64,000 nucleotides of DNA from Longimicrobiales bacterium (GTDB taxonomy: Bacteria; Gemmatimonadota; Gemmatimonadetes; Longimicrobiales; Gaopeijiaceae): the NCBI GenBank assembly GCA_963662845.2, contig CAXXCM010000001.1, positions 275,241 through 339,240 of the forward strand, in the 5' to 3' direction. A program made the position numbers and the translations under genes. Positions 26,304 to 37,700 of the stretch are shown here, in pieces (the first letter of the stretch is position 1; every line of letters begins with the position of its first letter). The notes under the pieces were generated by a model, which saw nothing but the letters and a program-made list of their open reading frames with translations, was not told the origin of the DNA and made no database searches.

Positions 26304-29300
26304 ATGAACAGGATTCCGGCCCTCGCCGGCATCGCCGCCGCAATCGCCATCGCAGCTGCCAGCGCCCTGACGCTGCCCACCCCGGCCACCGCCCAGGACG
26401 GCACCCCCCGCTTCGACAACGACCTCTTCGGCAGCCTCGGCTACCGCTACGTCGGCCCGTCGCGGGGCGGTCGCGTCACGGCGGTCGCGGGACACGTCGA
26501 CCAGCCGTCCACCTTCTACATGGGTGCGACCGGCGGCGGGGTGTGGAAGACCACCGACTACGGCCACGTCTGGCGCAACATCTCGGACGGCTACATCGGC
26601 ACCGGCTCGATCGGCGCGATCCGCGTGGCCGAGTCCGACCCGAACGTCGTCTACGTCTCGACGGGATCGGACGGGCTGCGCAGCAACGTGATCATCGGCG
26701 ATGGCGTCTACAAGTCCACCGACGCCGGGGCCACCTGGAACCACGTGGGGCTGGAGGGAACCGGGAACAGCGGGGCCATCCTCATCCACCCCGACGACTC
26801 CGAGCTGGTGTACGTCGCGGCCATCGGCAACCCCTTCGCGCCGAACCCCGAACGGGGCGTCTATCGCAGCCGCGACGGGGGCGCCAACTGGGAGAACGTG
26901 CTCTTCGTCTCGGACAGCACCGGCGCGGTCGACCTGGAGTTCGCGCCCGACGACCCGACCACCATCTACGCGAGCATGTGGCAGGCCGAGCGCAAGCCCT
27001 GGACGATCATCTCGGGCGGCATGCAGGGCGGCGTCTTCATTTCGCGCGACGGCGGCGACAGTTGGGACCGGGCGACCGACGGGCTGCCCACCGGCCTGCG
27101 CGGCAAGTCCGACCTCGCGGTCAGCGCCGCCGACCCCGACCGCGTCTACGCGCTCTTCGAGGCGCCGGCCGACACCGGGGGCGTGTACCGCTCCGACGAC
27201 CGGGGCGCCACCTGGCGTCAGATCACCGACTTCCAGCCGATCCGCAACCGGCCCTTCTACTACAACAACCTGGACGCGCATCCGACCGATCCCGACATCC
27301 TGTGGGGGATGGCCGAGGGTCACTGGATGTCGACCGACGGCGGCGAGAGCTGGGTGCCGCAGCGGACCCCGCACGGCGACAACCACGACATGTGGATCAA
27401 TCCGGCCAACCCCGACATCTTGATCCAGTCCAACGACGGCGGCGCCAACGTCTCTCTCGACGGCGGCAACACATGGTCCACCCAGTACAACCAGCCGACC
27501 GCCGAGCTCTACCAGGTGGACGTCTCGGACGACTTCCCGTATCGCCTCTACGCGGGCCAGCAGGACAACTCGACGATCTCGGTGCCCAGCCTGCCCGAGC
27601 GCTCGGAGCCCGGCGGCTCGCAGTCGGCGTGGGAGGCGCACGGGGGCTGCGAGACCGGCCCGGTGGTGCCCAAGCCCGGCGATCCTGACATCGTGTATGC
27701 CAACTGCAAGGGCCGGTTCGGGCTGTACAACCGCCGCACGGGTCAGGAGGCGCAGTACTACGTCGGCTTCGGCAATCTCTACGGGCACAACCCGCGCGAC
27801 CTGGAGTACCGATTCCAGCGCGTGGTGCCGATCCACGTCTCGCCGCACGATCCCAACAAGGTCTACCACGGTTCGCAGTTCGTCCACGTCACCACCAACG
27901 GCGGCCAGCTCTGGGAGACCATTTCACCCGACCTGACCGCCTTCACCCCCGAGACCCAGGTCGTCTCGGGCACGCCGATCACCATCGACGTCACCGGCGA
28001 GGAGCACTTCTCGGTCCTCTACGACATCCAGGAGTCGGTGCTGGAGCCGGGCGTCATCTGGGCGGGGGCCAACGACGGTCCCGTGCACATCACGCGCGAC
28101 GGCGGCCGTAACTGGACGGACGTGACACCCCCGGGCGTGGGACCCTACGGGCGCGTCCAGACGATCGAGGTGTCGCATCACGACCCCGCCAAGGCCTACG
28201 TGGCCATCCTCCGCTATCAGATGGGCGACTTCACCCCGCACACCTACCGTACCGACGACTACGGCGAGAGCTGGACACGGATCACCACGGGTGACAACGG
28301 CGTGCCGAATCACCACCCCGTGCGCGTCGTGCGCGAGGATCCCGACCGCGAGGGGCTCCTCTACCTCGGCACCGAGTTCGGAATGTTCGTCTCGTTCGAC
28401 GACGGCGGGGCCTGGCAGTCCTTCCAGATGAACCTTCCGGCGACGCCCATCACCGACATGAAGGTCGTTCACGGCGATCTGGTTTTGTCGACAATGGGTC
28501 GGGGATTCTGGATCATGGACAACCTCACGCCGCTGCACGAACTCAGCGACCGTGTAGCCGGCGCGGACGCTCACCTTTTCGAGGTGCGGGACGCGCACAG
28601 GTTGCGCTACGGCGGTGGCTTCGGCGGCTTCGGCGGACGGCTTCCGCACGAGCCCGAGTACCCCCAGGCCGGCGCCAACATCGACTACATGCTGGCCGAG
28701 GCGGCGCGGGGACCGGTCACGCTCGACATCGTGGCATCGAGCGGCGAGGTCGTGCGCTCATTCTCGAGCGAGAGCCCCGGCGAGTACACCGTTCCGGCCG
28801 AGCCCGGCATGCGCGAATGGCGGCTGGAGCAGTTCGGCACGCCCCGCCTGCCCTCGGACGCCGGCACCCACCGCTTCACCTGGGACCTGACGTATCCGGG
28901 GCCGTGGGACGCGAACCCGGCGCGGGCCGGGCGCGGCGGACCGATGGTGCCGCCCGGGACGTACACGGCGCGCCTGACGGCCGGCGACTGGAGCGCGAGC
29001 CGCACCTTCGAGGTCATGCTCGACCCGCGCGTCGTGGCCGAGGGGATCGGCGAGGAGGTCGTGCGGCGACAGGTGGAGCTGGCCCTGCAGGCACGCGACG
29101 CGCTGAGCGAGGGACGGCTCGCGGTGCACCGCATCAACGAGGCGCGCCAACGCGGCGGCGGCAACCTGGCCGCCGAGATCGAGGCGATCGAGCGCGAGCT
29201 GGTCACCGCGCCGATCCGTTACTCGCGCCCCATGCTGGTCGACCAGCTCCAGTACCTGTACAGCAACCTCACCCGCGCCGACCAGGAGCCCGGCCAGGAC

Positions 29301-29390
29301 GCGATCGTGCGCTACGACCAGCTCAACACGGCCCTGGAGGAGCACGTGTCGCGGCTGGAGCGGCTGCTGCGCGCCAACATCTCGGAGTAG
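26304..29390 (+). CDS. Sortilin/VPS10-like BNR (Asp-box) repeat beta-propeller protein, secreted
   Basis: Track ORF 26169..29390 trimmed to ATG 26304 (MNRIPALAGIAAAIAIAAASA). It has about 10 Asp-boxes of the form SxDxGxxW (STDAGATWN, SRDGGANWE, SRDGGDSWD, STDGGESWV, TRDGGRNWT...). Confidence 0.85.
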   Translation: MNRIPALAGIAAAIAIAAASALTLPTPATAQDGTPRFDNDLFGSLGYRYVGPSRGGRVTAVAGHVDQPSTFYMGATGGGVWKTTDYGHVWRNISDGYIGTGSIGAIRVAESDPNVVYVSTGSDGLRSNVIIGDGVYKSTDAGATWNHVGLEGTGNSGAILIHPDDSELVYVAAIGNPFAPNPERGVYRSRDGGANWENVLFVSDSTGAVDLEFAPDDPTTIYASMWQAERKPWTIISGGMQGGVFISRDGGDSWDRATDGLPTGLRGKSDLAVSAADPDRVYALFEAPADTGGVYRSDDRGATWRQITDFQPIRNRPFYYNNLDAHPTDPDILWGMAEGHWMSTDGGESWVPQRTPHGDNHDMWINPANPDILIQSNDGGANVSLDGGNTWSTQYNQPTAELYQVDVSDDFPYRLYAGQQDNSTISVPSLPERSEPGGSQSAWEAHGGCETGPVVPKPGDPDIVYANCKGRFGLYNRRTGQEAQYYVGFGNLYGHNPRDLEYRFQRVVPIHVSPHDPNKVYHGSQFVHVTTNGGQLWETISPDLTAFTPETQVVSGTPITIDVTGEEHFSVLYDIQESVLEPGVIWAGANDGPVHITRDGGRNWTDVTPPGVGPYGRVQTIEVSHHDPAKAYVAILRYQMGDFTPHTYRTDDYGESWTRITTGDNGVPNHHPVRVVREDPDREGLLYLGTEFGMFVSFDDGGAWQSFQMNLPATPITDMKVVHGDLVLSTMGRGFWIMDNLTPLHELSDRVAGADAHLFEVRDAHRLRYGGGFGGFGGRLPHEPEYPQAGANIDYMLAEAARGPVTLDIVASSGEVVRSFSSESPGEYTVPAEPGMREWRLEQFGTPRLPSDAGTHRFTWDLTYPGPWDANPARAGRGGPMVPPGTYTARLTAGDWSASRTFEVMLDPRVVAEGIGEEVVRRQVELALQARDALSEGRLAVHRINEARQRGGGNLAAEIEAIERELVTAPIRYSRPMLVDQLQYLYSNLTRADQEPGQDAIVRYDQLNTALEEHVSRLERLLRANISE

Positions 29391-29394
29391 GGCC

Positions 29395-30174
29395 ATGGAT
29401 CTGGGACTTGCCGGGAAGGTCGCGGTCGTCACCGGCGGCAGCCGCGGGCTCGGGTTCTACAGCGCGCGGGCGATGGCCGCCGAAGGTGCGCGGCTGGCGA
29501 TCTGCGCGCGTGGGGAGGCGGGGCTGGCGAAGGCCGCCGAGACGCTGCGGGCTGATGGGGCCGCTGAGGTGCTGACCGTGGCGTGCGACATCGCCGAAGA
29601 GGGCGGCGCGGCGACGCTGATCGAGGCCGTGCGGGAGCGCTACGGCACCGTGGACGTGCTGGTCAACAACGTGGGCGGCAACCGCCGGGGCCGCTTCGAG
29701 GAGACGAGCGACCAGGACTGGCTGGACATCATCCAGCTGAACGTGCTGTCGGGGTTTCGGGCGGCGCGGCTGGCGATCCCGCTGATGCGCGAGGCCGGTG
29801 GCGGCTCGATCGTCTTCGTGTCGTCGGTCTTCGGGCGCGAGAAGGGCGGGCCGGGGCTGTCCATCTACAACACGACCAAGTCGGCGCTGATCTCGGCGGC
29901 CGGAATCATGGCGCTGGAGCTGGCGAAGGACGGCATCCGCGTGAACTGCGTGGCGCCGGGATCGATCCAGTTCCCGGGCGGAAGCTGGGACAAGCGCGTG
30001 AAGGCCGACCCGGACGGGATGCGGACGTTCGTGCGGGAGAACCTGCCGCTCGGGCGGTTCGGGAAGGGGGAGGAGGTGGGGGACGTGGTGGCGTTTCTGG
30101 CGTCGGAGCGGGCCGGGTTGATCACGGGGGCGTGCGTGGCGGTGGACGGGGCGCAGGGGAGGTCGCTGGTGTGA
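29395..30174 (+). CDS. SDR family oxidoreductase
   Basis: Track ORF of 259 aa with TGGSRGLG (TGxxxGxG), NNVG, and the catalytic S...YNTTK. Confidence 0.85.
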   Translation: MDLGLAGKVAVVTGGSRGLGFYSARAMAAEGARLAICARGEAGLAKAAETLRADGAAEVLTVACDIAEEGGAATLIEAVRERYGTVDVLVNNVGGNRRGRFEETSDQDWLDIIQLNVLSGFRAARLAIPLMREAGGGSIVFVSSVFGREKGGPGLSIYNTTKSALISAAGIMALELAKDGIRVNCVAPGSIQFPGGSWDKRVKADPDGMRTFVRENLPLGRFGKGEEVGDVVAFLASERAGLITGACVAVDGAQGRSLV

Positions 30175-30352
30175 AGTGGTTGCGGGGGGCTGGAGCGGGA
30201 CGTACCGTGACTTGAGTTACGATTCGGGGATTCCAAACAAGTGGAGCGGAGGGTCCATGACCGGAAGGACCGAGACAATGGCTCCTGACGCGCAAATCCG
30301 GTATTCGCGCGTGGCGGACCAAGGTTGTCAGCGGTTCATGCGTGGCCAATCG

Positions 30353-30383
<31 letters not shown>

Positions 30384-30554
30384 TATATATCGCCGTATCT
30401 TATTGTACAACAACAACTTACGGCGTATGTAGGCACAAAACACGGGATTGGGGTCGAGCCCGTACCCCGTCCTTTCCTGCTCTCGGCGATAGGACTGGGC
30501 CATACACGCTGTCGGTTCATTAGCGTATGACCTCGCTACGGAACCGGCAGGCTG

Positions 30555-32720
30555 GTGAAAGCCTGGGTGGCAGCAACTCTGGCCACCGGCTGCGGCGACG
30601 AGGCCACCGAACCAGCGTCATCGTTGCCGACTTCCATCACGGTTCTACCAGCCACGGCCACATTGCAGTCGTTGGGGGAGACCGTCCAGCTGGTCGCGAC
30701 CGTCCAGGACCAGAACGGGCAGATGATGTCGGGTGCCACGGTCACGTGGGCAAGCGGCGATCCGTTGGTGGCGACCGTGGACGCATCGGGCTTGGTGACG
30801 GCGGTAGCGAACGGGACAGCGAGCGTGACGGGCACTGCCGGTTCGGCGTCGGGCTCCGCGACGGTGACCGTCGATCAGGTCCTCGCTGCGGTGGTGGTCG
30901 AGCCTGCGAACGACACGCTGCTGGCGTTCGGCGACACGCTGCGGCTGTCGGCCGAGGCGGTCGACGCGAACGGGCATGCGGTCGCGGGTGCGAAGTTCGC
31001 GTGGGCGAGCGAGGACGAGCTGGTGGCGACGGTGGATGCTAGGGGTTTGGTGACGGCGGTGGGCAGCGGCTCAGCGACGGTGAGGGCCACTGCGGGCACG
31101 GTTGCCGGAACCGCCACGGTGACGGTCGACCAGGTTCCTGTGGGCGTTGTCGTTGAGCCGGACTCGGTGGCCTTCGACGCGATTGGCGACACGGCGCGAG
31201 TGGCCGCGACGTTCGTCGATGCCAACACCTACGAGATCGCGGCACCCGAAGTGGAGTGGGCAAGTGCGGACGCGTCGGTGGCTACCGTGGATGCGTCAGG
31301 GCTGGTGACGGCAGTGGGGAACGGAACGGCGACCGTTACGGTGGAGGCGGGCTCCGTGTCTGGAACATCGGCGGTCACAGTTGAGCAGGCAATCGCCACC
31401 GTGTCGGTGACGCCCGCGACAGCTGAACTCCGCAGACTGCGTGAAACGGTACAGTTGACCGCCGAGGTCCGCGACCGGCGTGGGAGGACCATTGCCTCTG
31501 CCACCGTGGAGTGGAGAACCGAGGACCAACGCATAGCCACCGTGGACTCCACGGGATTGGTAACGGCGAGGAGTAGCGGGTCGACGACGATCACGGCGAC
31601 CGCAGGCTCCGCCTCGGGAAGTGCCACTGTGCTGGTTGCCGACCTGCGACGTGTCACGGTGGCTTCCGTGCCGACCAACGGAGGAACATCGCTCGGCTCG
31701 GGCAGGTGGTTCGTGTTCCCGGGACAGGCCGCCACGACCACTCTGGCGGCGGAAGCGAACGCGGGATACGACTTTGATCGTTGGACTACGGAGAATGGCA
31801 GGACCCTGTCCACCGACCCGGTCCACGTCATGGACGTCTTGGACGATCATGCGGTCAAGGCCCGTTTCTCCGTGAATCAGGAGCGAGGGAAGTGGACACC
31901 CGGCGGCACCTACACCTGGTACGAATTCCCGCCGGGTAACTACGGGGTCGACAGCATATCGTGGACTTTCCTGCCCGTGACCGATCCGCCTCCGAGCCTT
32001 CGCAACAAGGGGCTGTTGCACTACTACGCGATGAACTTCGGTGTAACCAATTCCGTCAATGGGTTCGGACGCGGCTACGCAGGCCTGCAGTCCAACGCCT
32101 ACATGCACGGAAGGCAGTGGGGCAAGGCCATCAACTTCTCGATCTGGCGGTCGAACGGCGGGCGAACCGATGGCCAACTGGAGCAGGACAACTTCGAGTG
32201 CTTCTGCTATCGGATCATGTACGAGTTCCCGTGGGTGGAGGGACGGGCGTACCGGTTCGTCCTCAAGCAGGGACCTAGCGGAACCGATTCCGACGGCAAG
32301 TGGTGGGGACTCTGGGTGACGGATCTCACCACTGATCGCCAGACCTTCGTCGGAGAACAGCGAGTGCCGACCACCATCCAGGGCCGCCCTTCCAGAACCC
32401 TTTCCCCCAGGGGCATTCACGTGTTCGGCGAAGACCTGTACTGGTGGCGGGCGTTACCGGGGACCGAGCCGTACGTCTGCAGCGATTTCGACCCTTCCTC
32501 ACTGGCAATTCTGGACGTAAGGGCCGGCTCACGAGAGCCGACGGGTGTCACGAACATCACGAACAGTGGCAACACATTCAAATATCCCAATGGGTACGTG
32601 ACGGTGGGTTGTCACGTGACGATTACGGAAGGTGGAAACGGCAACGTCCAGCACAATCTCGGATTCTGGCCGGAGCCACCAGTCAACGTCACCGGAGGGT
32701 CATTTCCGAGGCGAGAATGA
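30555..32720 (+). CDS. Lipoprotein: 4x Big_2 (Ig-like) domains, InlB-B-repeat-like segment and a lectin-like (DUF3472-like?) C-terminal domain
   Basis: Track ORF of 721 aa with a GTG start and lipobox LATGC. It has four repeats of the Big_2 pattern (TLQSLGETVQL.A.V.D.NG......V.WAS.D..VATVD..GLVTAV.NGTA.VTA). The C-terminal part has YAGLQSN...AINFSIW. The C-terminal family assignments are tentative. Confidence 0.8.
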   Translation: MKAWVAATLATGCGDEATEPASSLPTSITVLPATATLQSLGETVQLVATVQDQNGQMMSGATVTWASGDPLVATVDASGLVTAVANGTASVTGTAGSASGSATVTVDQVLAAVVVEPANDTLLAFGDTLRLSAEAVDANGHAVAGAKFAWASEDELVATVDARGLVTAVGSGSATVRATAGTVAGTATVTVDQVPVGVVVEPDSVAFDAIGDTARVAATFVDANTYEIAAPEVEWASADASVATVDASGLVTAVGNGTATVTVEAGSVSGTSAVTVEQAIATVSVTPATAELRRLRETVQLTAEVRDRRGRTIASATVEWRTEDQRIATVDSTGLVTARSSGSTTITATAGSASGSATVLVADLRRVTVASVPTNGGTSLGSGRWFVFPGQAATTTLAAEANAGYDFDRWTTENGRTLSTDPVHVMDVLDDHAVKARFSVNQERGKWTPGGTYTWYEFPPGNYGVDSISWTFLPVTDPPPSLRNKGLLHYYAMNFGVTNSVNGFGRGYAGLQSNAYMHGRQWGKAINFSIWRSNGGRTDGQLEQDNFECFCYRIMYEFPWVEGRAYRFVLKQGPSGTDSDGKWWGLWVTDLTTDRQTFVGEQRVPTTIQGRPSRTLSPRGIHVFGEDLYWWRALPGTEPYVCSDFDPSSLAILDVRAGSREPTGVTNITNSGNTFKYPNGYVTVGCHVTITEGGNGNVQHNLGFWPEPPVNVTGGSFPRRE
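30636..31060 (+). repeat. Shared N-terminal Big_2 cassette, copy A (approximate limits)
   Basis: Nucleotide-level near-identity by eye to 38752-39190 and 44018-44460 over two Big_2 domains, and to 32918-33125 over the first domain. Confidence 0.8.
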
Positions 32721-34642
32721 GCGCTGAGCGACACGAGTCGTCCCTTCTCAACAGGAGCCATCCACGCATGACAGACCGGCGTCCACAGACCCCCTTCCGT
32801 CTGTTCACTTCGGCAGCCGCCTTCACCGTGATCGCGCTCCCGGTCGCAGCCTGGGCTCTCGTATCCGCGTGCGGCGACGGAGCCGTGGCACCGCCGACCC
32901 CCGATCCGGCGCGGCCAACGACGATCACGATTTCGCCCGCCTCGGCGACGCTCCAGTCGCTGGGCGAGACCGTCCGGCTGGCCGCGACCGTGCAGGACCA
33001 GAACGGGCAGACGATGTCGGATGCCGCAGTCGCGTGGGCGAGCGGCGATCCGTCGGTGGCGACCGTGGACGCCTCGGGCCTGGTGACGGCGGTGGCGAAT
33101 GGGTCCACGACCGTGACGGCAAGCACCGGCGCGATTTCCGCGACCGTCGGAGTGACTGTGGAGCAGCGGCCAGCGAGCGTCGACGTTGGCCCCGCCACCA
33201 GCACGCTCGCATCTGTTGGCGATACGGTTCGGCTGTCCGCCCAAGTCCTGGACGCCAAGCTGAACCCGGTGGGGGCAGTGGAGGGCGTGACGTGGTCCTC
33301 GGACGACCCGTCGGTGGCAACCGTGGACGCGGACGGCCTGGTCACCGCAGTGGAAAACGGTTCGGCGAGCGTGACGGCCTCGTTCGAGGACTTCAGCGCG
33401 ACGGCCACCGTTGCTGTCGCTGACGTAGAGCGATTGCTGGGAGACAGGCCGGGCATCGCGGCCGGCATGGTCTGGCTTGGCACGGACAATCAGTCGAGAC
33501 CGTACGCCGACTGGCCTCAGCCGATGAAAAAGAAGCTCGTCCTGGCCGTCAGCCAGTTGGTCGGCGAGGGGACGGGGCTGCCCGATGTGATGGACAATCA
33601 GGCCGCCGATTTCCTCGCAGACGATGCGCGCCCCGTCACGGTGTTTTCCGAAAAGGACGCCGAAGACATCTACGTGGCGAATGTCGCGCAGTCGCTGATT
33701 CTCGAGGCAACAGAAACGCTGCCTTGGTCACTCGATGACCTTTCGGACAGCGAGATGGAGCTGCTCCTCGGGTGGCGCGGTTTCTTCCTTGGCTACAGTT
33801 CCCCCGAGTCTCAACACCGGTCTGTCCCGCCCGAGGTCACTGGCTACTTCCACCGCCACGGTGCATCCCCCGCGCCTCCTGAACTCGTCCGCGAGTTTGT
33901 TCTGGACAATGGCCTCGTCGGCAATAGCCGTTACGAGACGATCATCAGCGTCATCGAGTGGGCCCGGCAACATCTGACGCACTTCTGTGGCCGCAGCACC
34001 GCCCGAAACTACGAGGATCACTGGGGTTACCGGGGGATTCCGCCATTGGCGCGCATGTTCGTAGGGACGACCCGTTTCGGGAACCCCGACTGCCCATCAA
34101 GCAAAACCGCCCGTTTTACGGCGGGGTGCGGCGGCACGACCTGGTTCTTCATACATGTGCTGAGAGCGGTCAACATCCCCGTCGAGGACGTCGACATGCC
34201 CGATTCGGGGCACGCTACCCCGGGCTTCCCCTCCGAGGGATTGTACTTGTCCCACGGAGACGACCCGTATGGCAAGGGAGGCTGGTATTCGCCGCCGTTC
34301 CCCGAGCCGTATCCCTCGACCGAGATTCCGATCTCGGAGGCGACGTTCAACGACTGGTTCAGCCCATCCAACTCCCGCCGGGAGAACGACGAAAACGTTG
34401 GGAGGAGAGAAACCGAGCTAATCGTCGAATACCTGCCGCAGTACCTGCTGCATATCCGATGTGGGGATCGTGCCAGGGGGGTGTCCAAGGAATCCAGCGA
34501 CGTATACAGGCCCGGAAGCATGGGGATAGGCCGATACTGGACCATCGCCGAACTCGACGCCATGCGCTTCTGGGAGCGGATGGATGCCAAGATCGAGCGG
34601 TACGGGGGTTGTCCGATACCGCACCCGACGCGCGGGGGATGA
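32717..34642 (+). CDS. Lipoprotein: 2x Big_2 domains plus a C-terminal domain with transglutaminase-like Cys-His-Asp motif
   Basis: Track ORF 32444..34642 trimmed to ATG 32717, which makes an ATGA overlap with the upstream stop. Lipobox LVSAC. The C-terminal part has FTAGCGGTTWFFIHVLRAVNIPV ... SGHATPGF ... SHGDDPYG. Confidence 0.75.
   Translation: MSAERHESSLLNRSHPRMTDRRPQTPFRLFTSAAAFTVIALPVAAWALVSACGDGAVAPPTPDPARPTTITISPASATLQSLGETVRLAATVQDQNGQTMSDAAVAWASGDPSVATVDASGLVTAVANGSTTVTASTGAISATVGVTVEQRPASVDVGPATSTLASVGDTVRLSAQVLDAKLNPVGAVEGVTWSSDDPSVATVDADGLVTAVENGSASVTASFEDFSATATVAVADVERLLGDRPGIAAGMVWLGTDNQSRPYADWPQPMKKKLVLAVSQLVGEGTGLPDVMDNQAADFLADDARPVTVFSEKDAEDIYVANVAQSLILEATETLPWSLDDLSDSEMELLLGWRGFFLGYSSPESQHRSVPPEVTGYFHRHGASPAPPELVREFVLDNGLVGNSRYETIISVIEWARQHLTHFCGRSTARNYEDHWGYRGIPPLARMFVGTTRFGNPDCPSSKTARFTAGCGGTTWFFIHVLRAVNIPVEDVDMPDSGHATPGFPSEGLYLSHGDDPYGKGGWYSPPFPEPYPSTEIPISEATFNDWFSPSNSRRENDENVGRRETELIVEYLPQYLLHIRCGDRARGVSKESSDVYRPGSMGIGRYWTIAELDAMRFWERMDAKIERYGGCPIPHPTRGG
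32918..33125 (+). repeat. Shared N-terminal Big_2 cassette, copy B (first domain only, approximate limits)
   Basis: Near-identical by eye to the first Big_2 domain of copies A, C and D (…ctccagtcgctgggcgagaccgtccggctggccgcgaccgtgcaggaccagaacgggcagacgatgtcgg…). Confidence 0.8.
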
Positions 34643-34757
34643 GATGTCCCGTGCTTCCCTCGCGACCAGGTCGATGGATCGGCGGGACCAGCCGCTGGTC
34701 AGGGTCTTGAAGTGCTACACAGTCGCGATATGCCGAACCTTCAACTTGGAGGCTGCA

Positions 34758-37700
34758 ATGCCAACGATCTCAAGAAACCCTGCTGCCTCAACTAATGCCA
34801 CCATCGAGGGAAGTAAACGGTTTTCGGGTCTGGATTGGTTGAAGTTTGTCAGTCGCGGGTGGTCGTCGGCACGGACTCTTCCGGCTCTCGCAATGATCGC
34901 GCCCCTTGCGATGGCGACTTGCAGCCGAGAGCCAGCATGGGAGTTCTCCATTGAATCGGCCCTCGAGATCGTCGATTCGCTTGAGAGCAAGGATCCACGA
35001 GTGACGCTCTCCGAGAATCCAGACGAGTGCCGGTCGGTACCCGACTCCGGGTCTGCCACCGTGGCAACGGGAGTTTCCCAATACGTTGCCAGCTATCTGA
35101 CTCGGGAGGACCTCGGCTTCAAGTGTGCGGCCCGCCTTGTGACCCACGCGACCGAGAGATCGGGAACCATCAGCATCGACGAGGCGACGGAGCTGGTGGC
35201 TTGGCACAATGGTAACGACCCTGCGGGCGGCACGGTGTTTGCACGGCTCTTCTATGAACAGCGGGCCGACGACACCGCCAACTTGGAGACGTTGTGGCCC
35301 GTCGCGGTAGGCCTCGAAGGCCTCCGGAGCGTTCTGGAATCGGCCGACACCACCACCGACATCGTCATTACGGTGTCCGACATCTCGCTGTGGAGCGCGC
35401 CTGATCCGAGCTCCCTCACCGACTCCGCCCAAACCAGCGAACACGATCCGTACTTCACCAACCTCGGCGTGAGCGGCGATGACGGACCGGTGCTTCCCGC
35501 GACCCTTGTGTCGGCACCGGGCTGGATGCTGAGGTCGAGTCCCTATCCCATCGGAGACGGCGCATCCTTCCTTTTTGGTCGCCATGAACCTCCCACGGCT
35601 ACGACGATGGCGACGGAGGCCACAGTCCCAACTGCGGGAGCAGGTATAGACTACTTGCCCGTGTCGTCGCCGTTCTTGGCAAGCGACTTCCAGCCCATTG
35701 CCCTAGTGAACGACAGCGCACTGCTTAAACGCGGCACGGACTTTGCTAGGGAGCTAGGTGCCGCAGTACAAGCAAGGCCTGTTACCTATGCTTCAACATT
35801 GAACAAGTCCATCCTCATGAGTGTCATTCAGACGCTTCTCCCATTCATCCTTCTCGGGCTGGCAATTCGCGCAACAGCCGACGCGGCACGTGGTCGCCGC
35901 AATCGTATCCAAGGTGAATTGAAGACGATCCAGGGTTTCCCACCTAGAGACGATCCACATGGGCCCAAGGAGAGCTTGTTCAACTACTCCAAGAGCCATG
36001 AGTCCATACACCTGTGGGCCGCACGAATCGAGGAGACGGCAGGGAAGTTGACCGGGGCAGAGTCCTCGCTCGCGCAGACGATTGACGACGCTACCGAGGC
36101 GAGACGCCCAGATACCCTCCTTGCGAACCTGAAAGAACTTGAGCGTCTCGTCATTCCTCCCAGCGTCGAGCCACCGACCACCGATGGCCGTTTGCCAGAC
36201 CCTGTGCGGTTGCCTTGGGCACCAAAGTGGATCAGGAGGCCGTTGGCATGGATCTTGGTGACGTTTGGCCGCTCGCCCCAAAATGCATCATCCGATGGTG
36301 ACCCTAACGGTATCACTGAACAACAGGAGGGAATACTTAGTTCAATCAACGAAGGACGAGGGCGGATCGAAGACTGGGAACAGGCCGCGCAAAAACTCAG
36401 TGTCCTAGTTGCTAGCCAGTCAGTCAACACCCAATTGCGTACACTGACGATGCTGGCTAGCCGTCTACACAAATCACTGGCGAAAACAGATGAATTGACC
36501 GAAAAGGTGGCGACCTGGTGGATTGAGGCCAAGGGTCCGCTTGGGCAGTTTGTGCGAGGTTATGCCGCTGGCGAGATGGCCGAGTCGGAATTAGAAGACA
36601 TCCGAAGGAAATCAATCGAAGTGAATAAGAAACTTGACAAAGTGCAATCTTTGTTGCCTTCCGATTTGGACGAAGATGTGAATAGAGTCTTTAAGGCGAT
36701 CGATGCACTAGACAAGATAGTGCAAACAGCGACCCAATACTTGAACGACCTTAGTCAATGGGCGCACATTTACGACGGACTCGGCAATCTGGAAGAGGCA
36801 ATACGACGCCTGAATAGGGCAGGCACGTTCGGAGAAGCGGCAGGGTTGAAAGAAAAGATCGAAACCACTTGCAAAATGCTACGCAATTCAATGGACGCGG
36901 GTCGTGGTGAGGCTGACGATCTTGTGACAGTTAGGAATGCAGTGGGAGTGATCCGGGGTGCGATCCCGAACCACAACGAAAGGCAACATCTCGAGCAGCT
37001 TGGTGGGAAGATCGAGGCAGCCATGCAAGCGATCAAGGAGGCCGATGGACGGATCGATGCAGAGTTCAAGAAGGCTTGCCGACAGGCTTTCCTGAAGATG
37101 CGCAAGCAGAAGCTCGAAGACGCGATGAGGAAGAAGGTAGATCGGATCCTGCAGGGAACGCCGCAGAGACTCGGCCAGATCGTCATTCGGAAGGGTTCGG
37201 TGATACCTGTGCTGGTTGGCGTGGTGGCGACAACGATGACGGCAGTTGCTGGTTGGCAGCTGCTTGGTGCCGGGAAACAGGTGCCGGCACTGATAGTCCT
37301 GGCTGCTACATTTGCGGCACTGTTGTTGGTTGGACGGTGCGTAGCGTTCTCGGGAGGGAAATGGATCGCTAAATCAAAAGGGTTGCCGGAGCACGGATCG
37401 CGAATCCAGACTAGGCGACGTAGCATGCAACTGTGGTTTGTTGGAGGTTGTGGTCTTGTGACATACGGGGCACTCAAGTCCTTCGAGCGAGCGGGTTCGG
37501 CGGCAGGATTGGATGGAATAGGTTTTCATGGTACAATCGAGATGTTCTCGATGTTTGCTACAGTATTGGCCGCTTGTAGTGTGCGCGATGGTGTACAATG
37601 GGAGCCGGAAGGGCGTAACACGACGCTGTGTTTGGAGTGCGATGATGAGACCGAGCGGGATAGGTGGAAGGCATGTGGTGGTGATGCTTGTGAGCTATGC

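Noticed and set aside
25587-27887. 766-aa minus-strand ORF. Similar long shadow ORFs include 431..2170(+), 1936..3093(-), 15648..18575(+), 49771..51219(-), 55030..56931(-), 55968..59261(+), 57193..58878(-) and 61274..63121(-).
   Set aside because: All are Arg/Pro/Gly-rich and lack recognisable motifs. All overlap genes on the other strand or in another frame that do carry family signatures (Asp-box propeller, AAA/PD-(D/E)XK, hydantoinase, DUF5916-like).
30440-30470. tRNA T-arm-like string (ggggtcgagcccgtacccc) near the island's left edge, with a vaguely similar string (ggggttggagcc) near 49825. These could be att-like direct repeats.
   Set aside because: The loop length and flanks do not fit a tRNA. 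The two strings match at only about 10 of 12 positions with no extended identity. There is no integrase. This is insufficient to call att sites.
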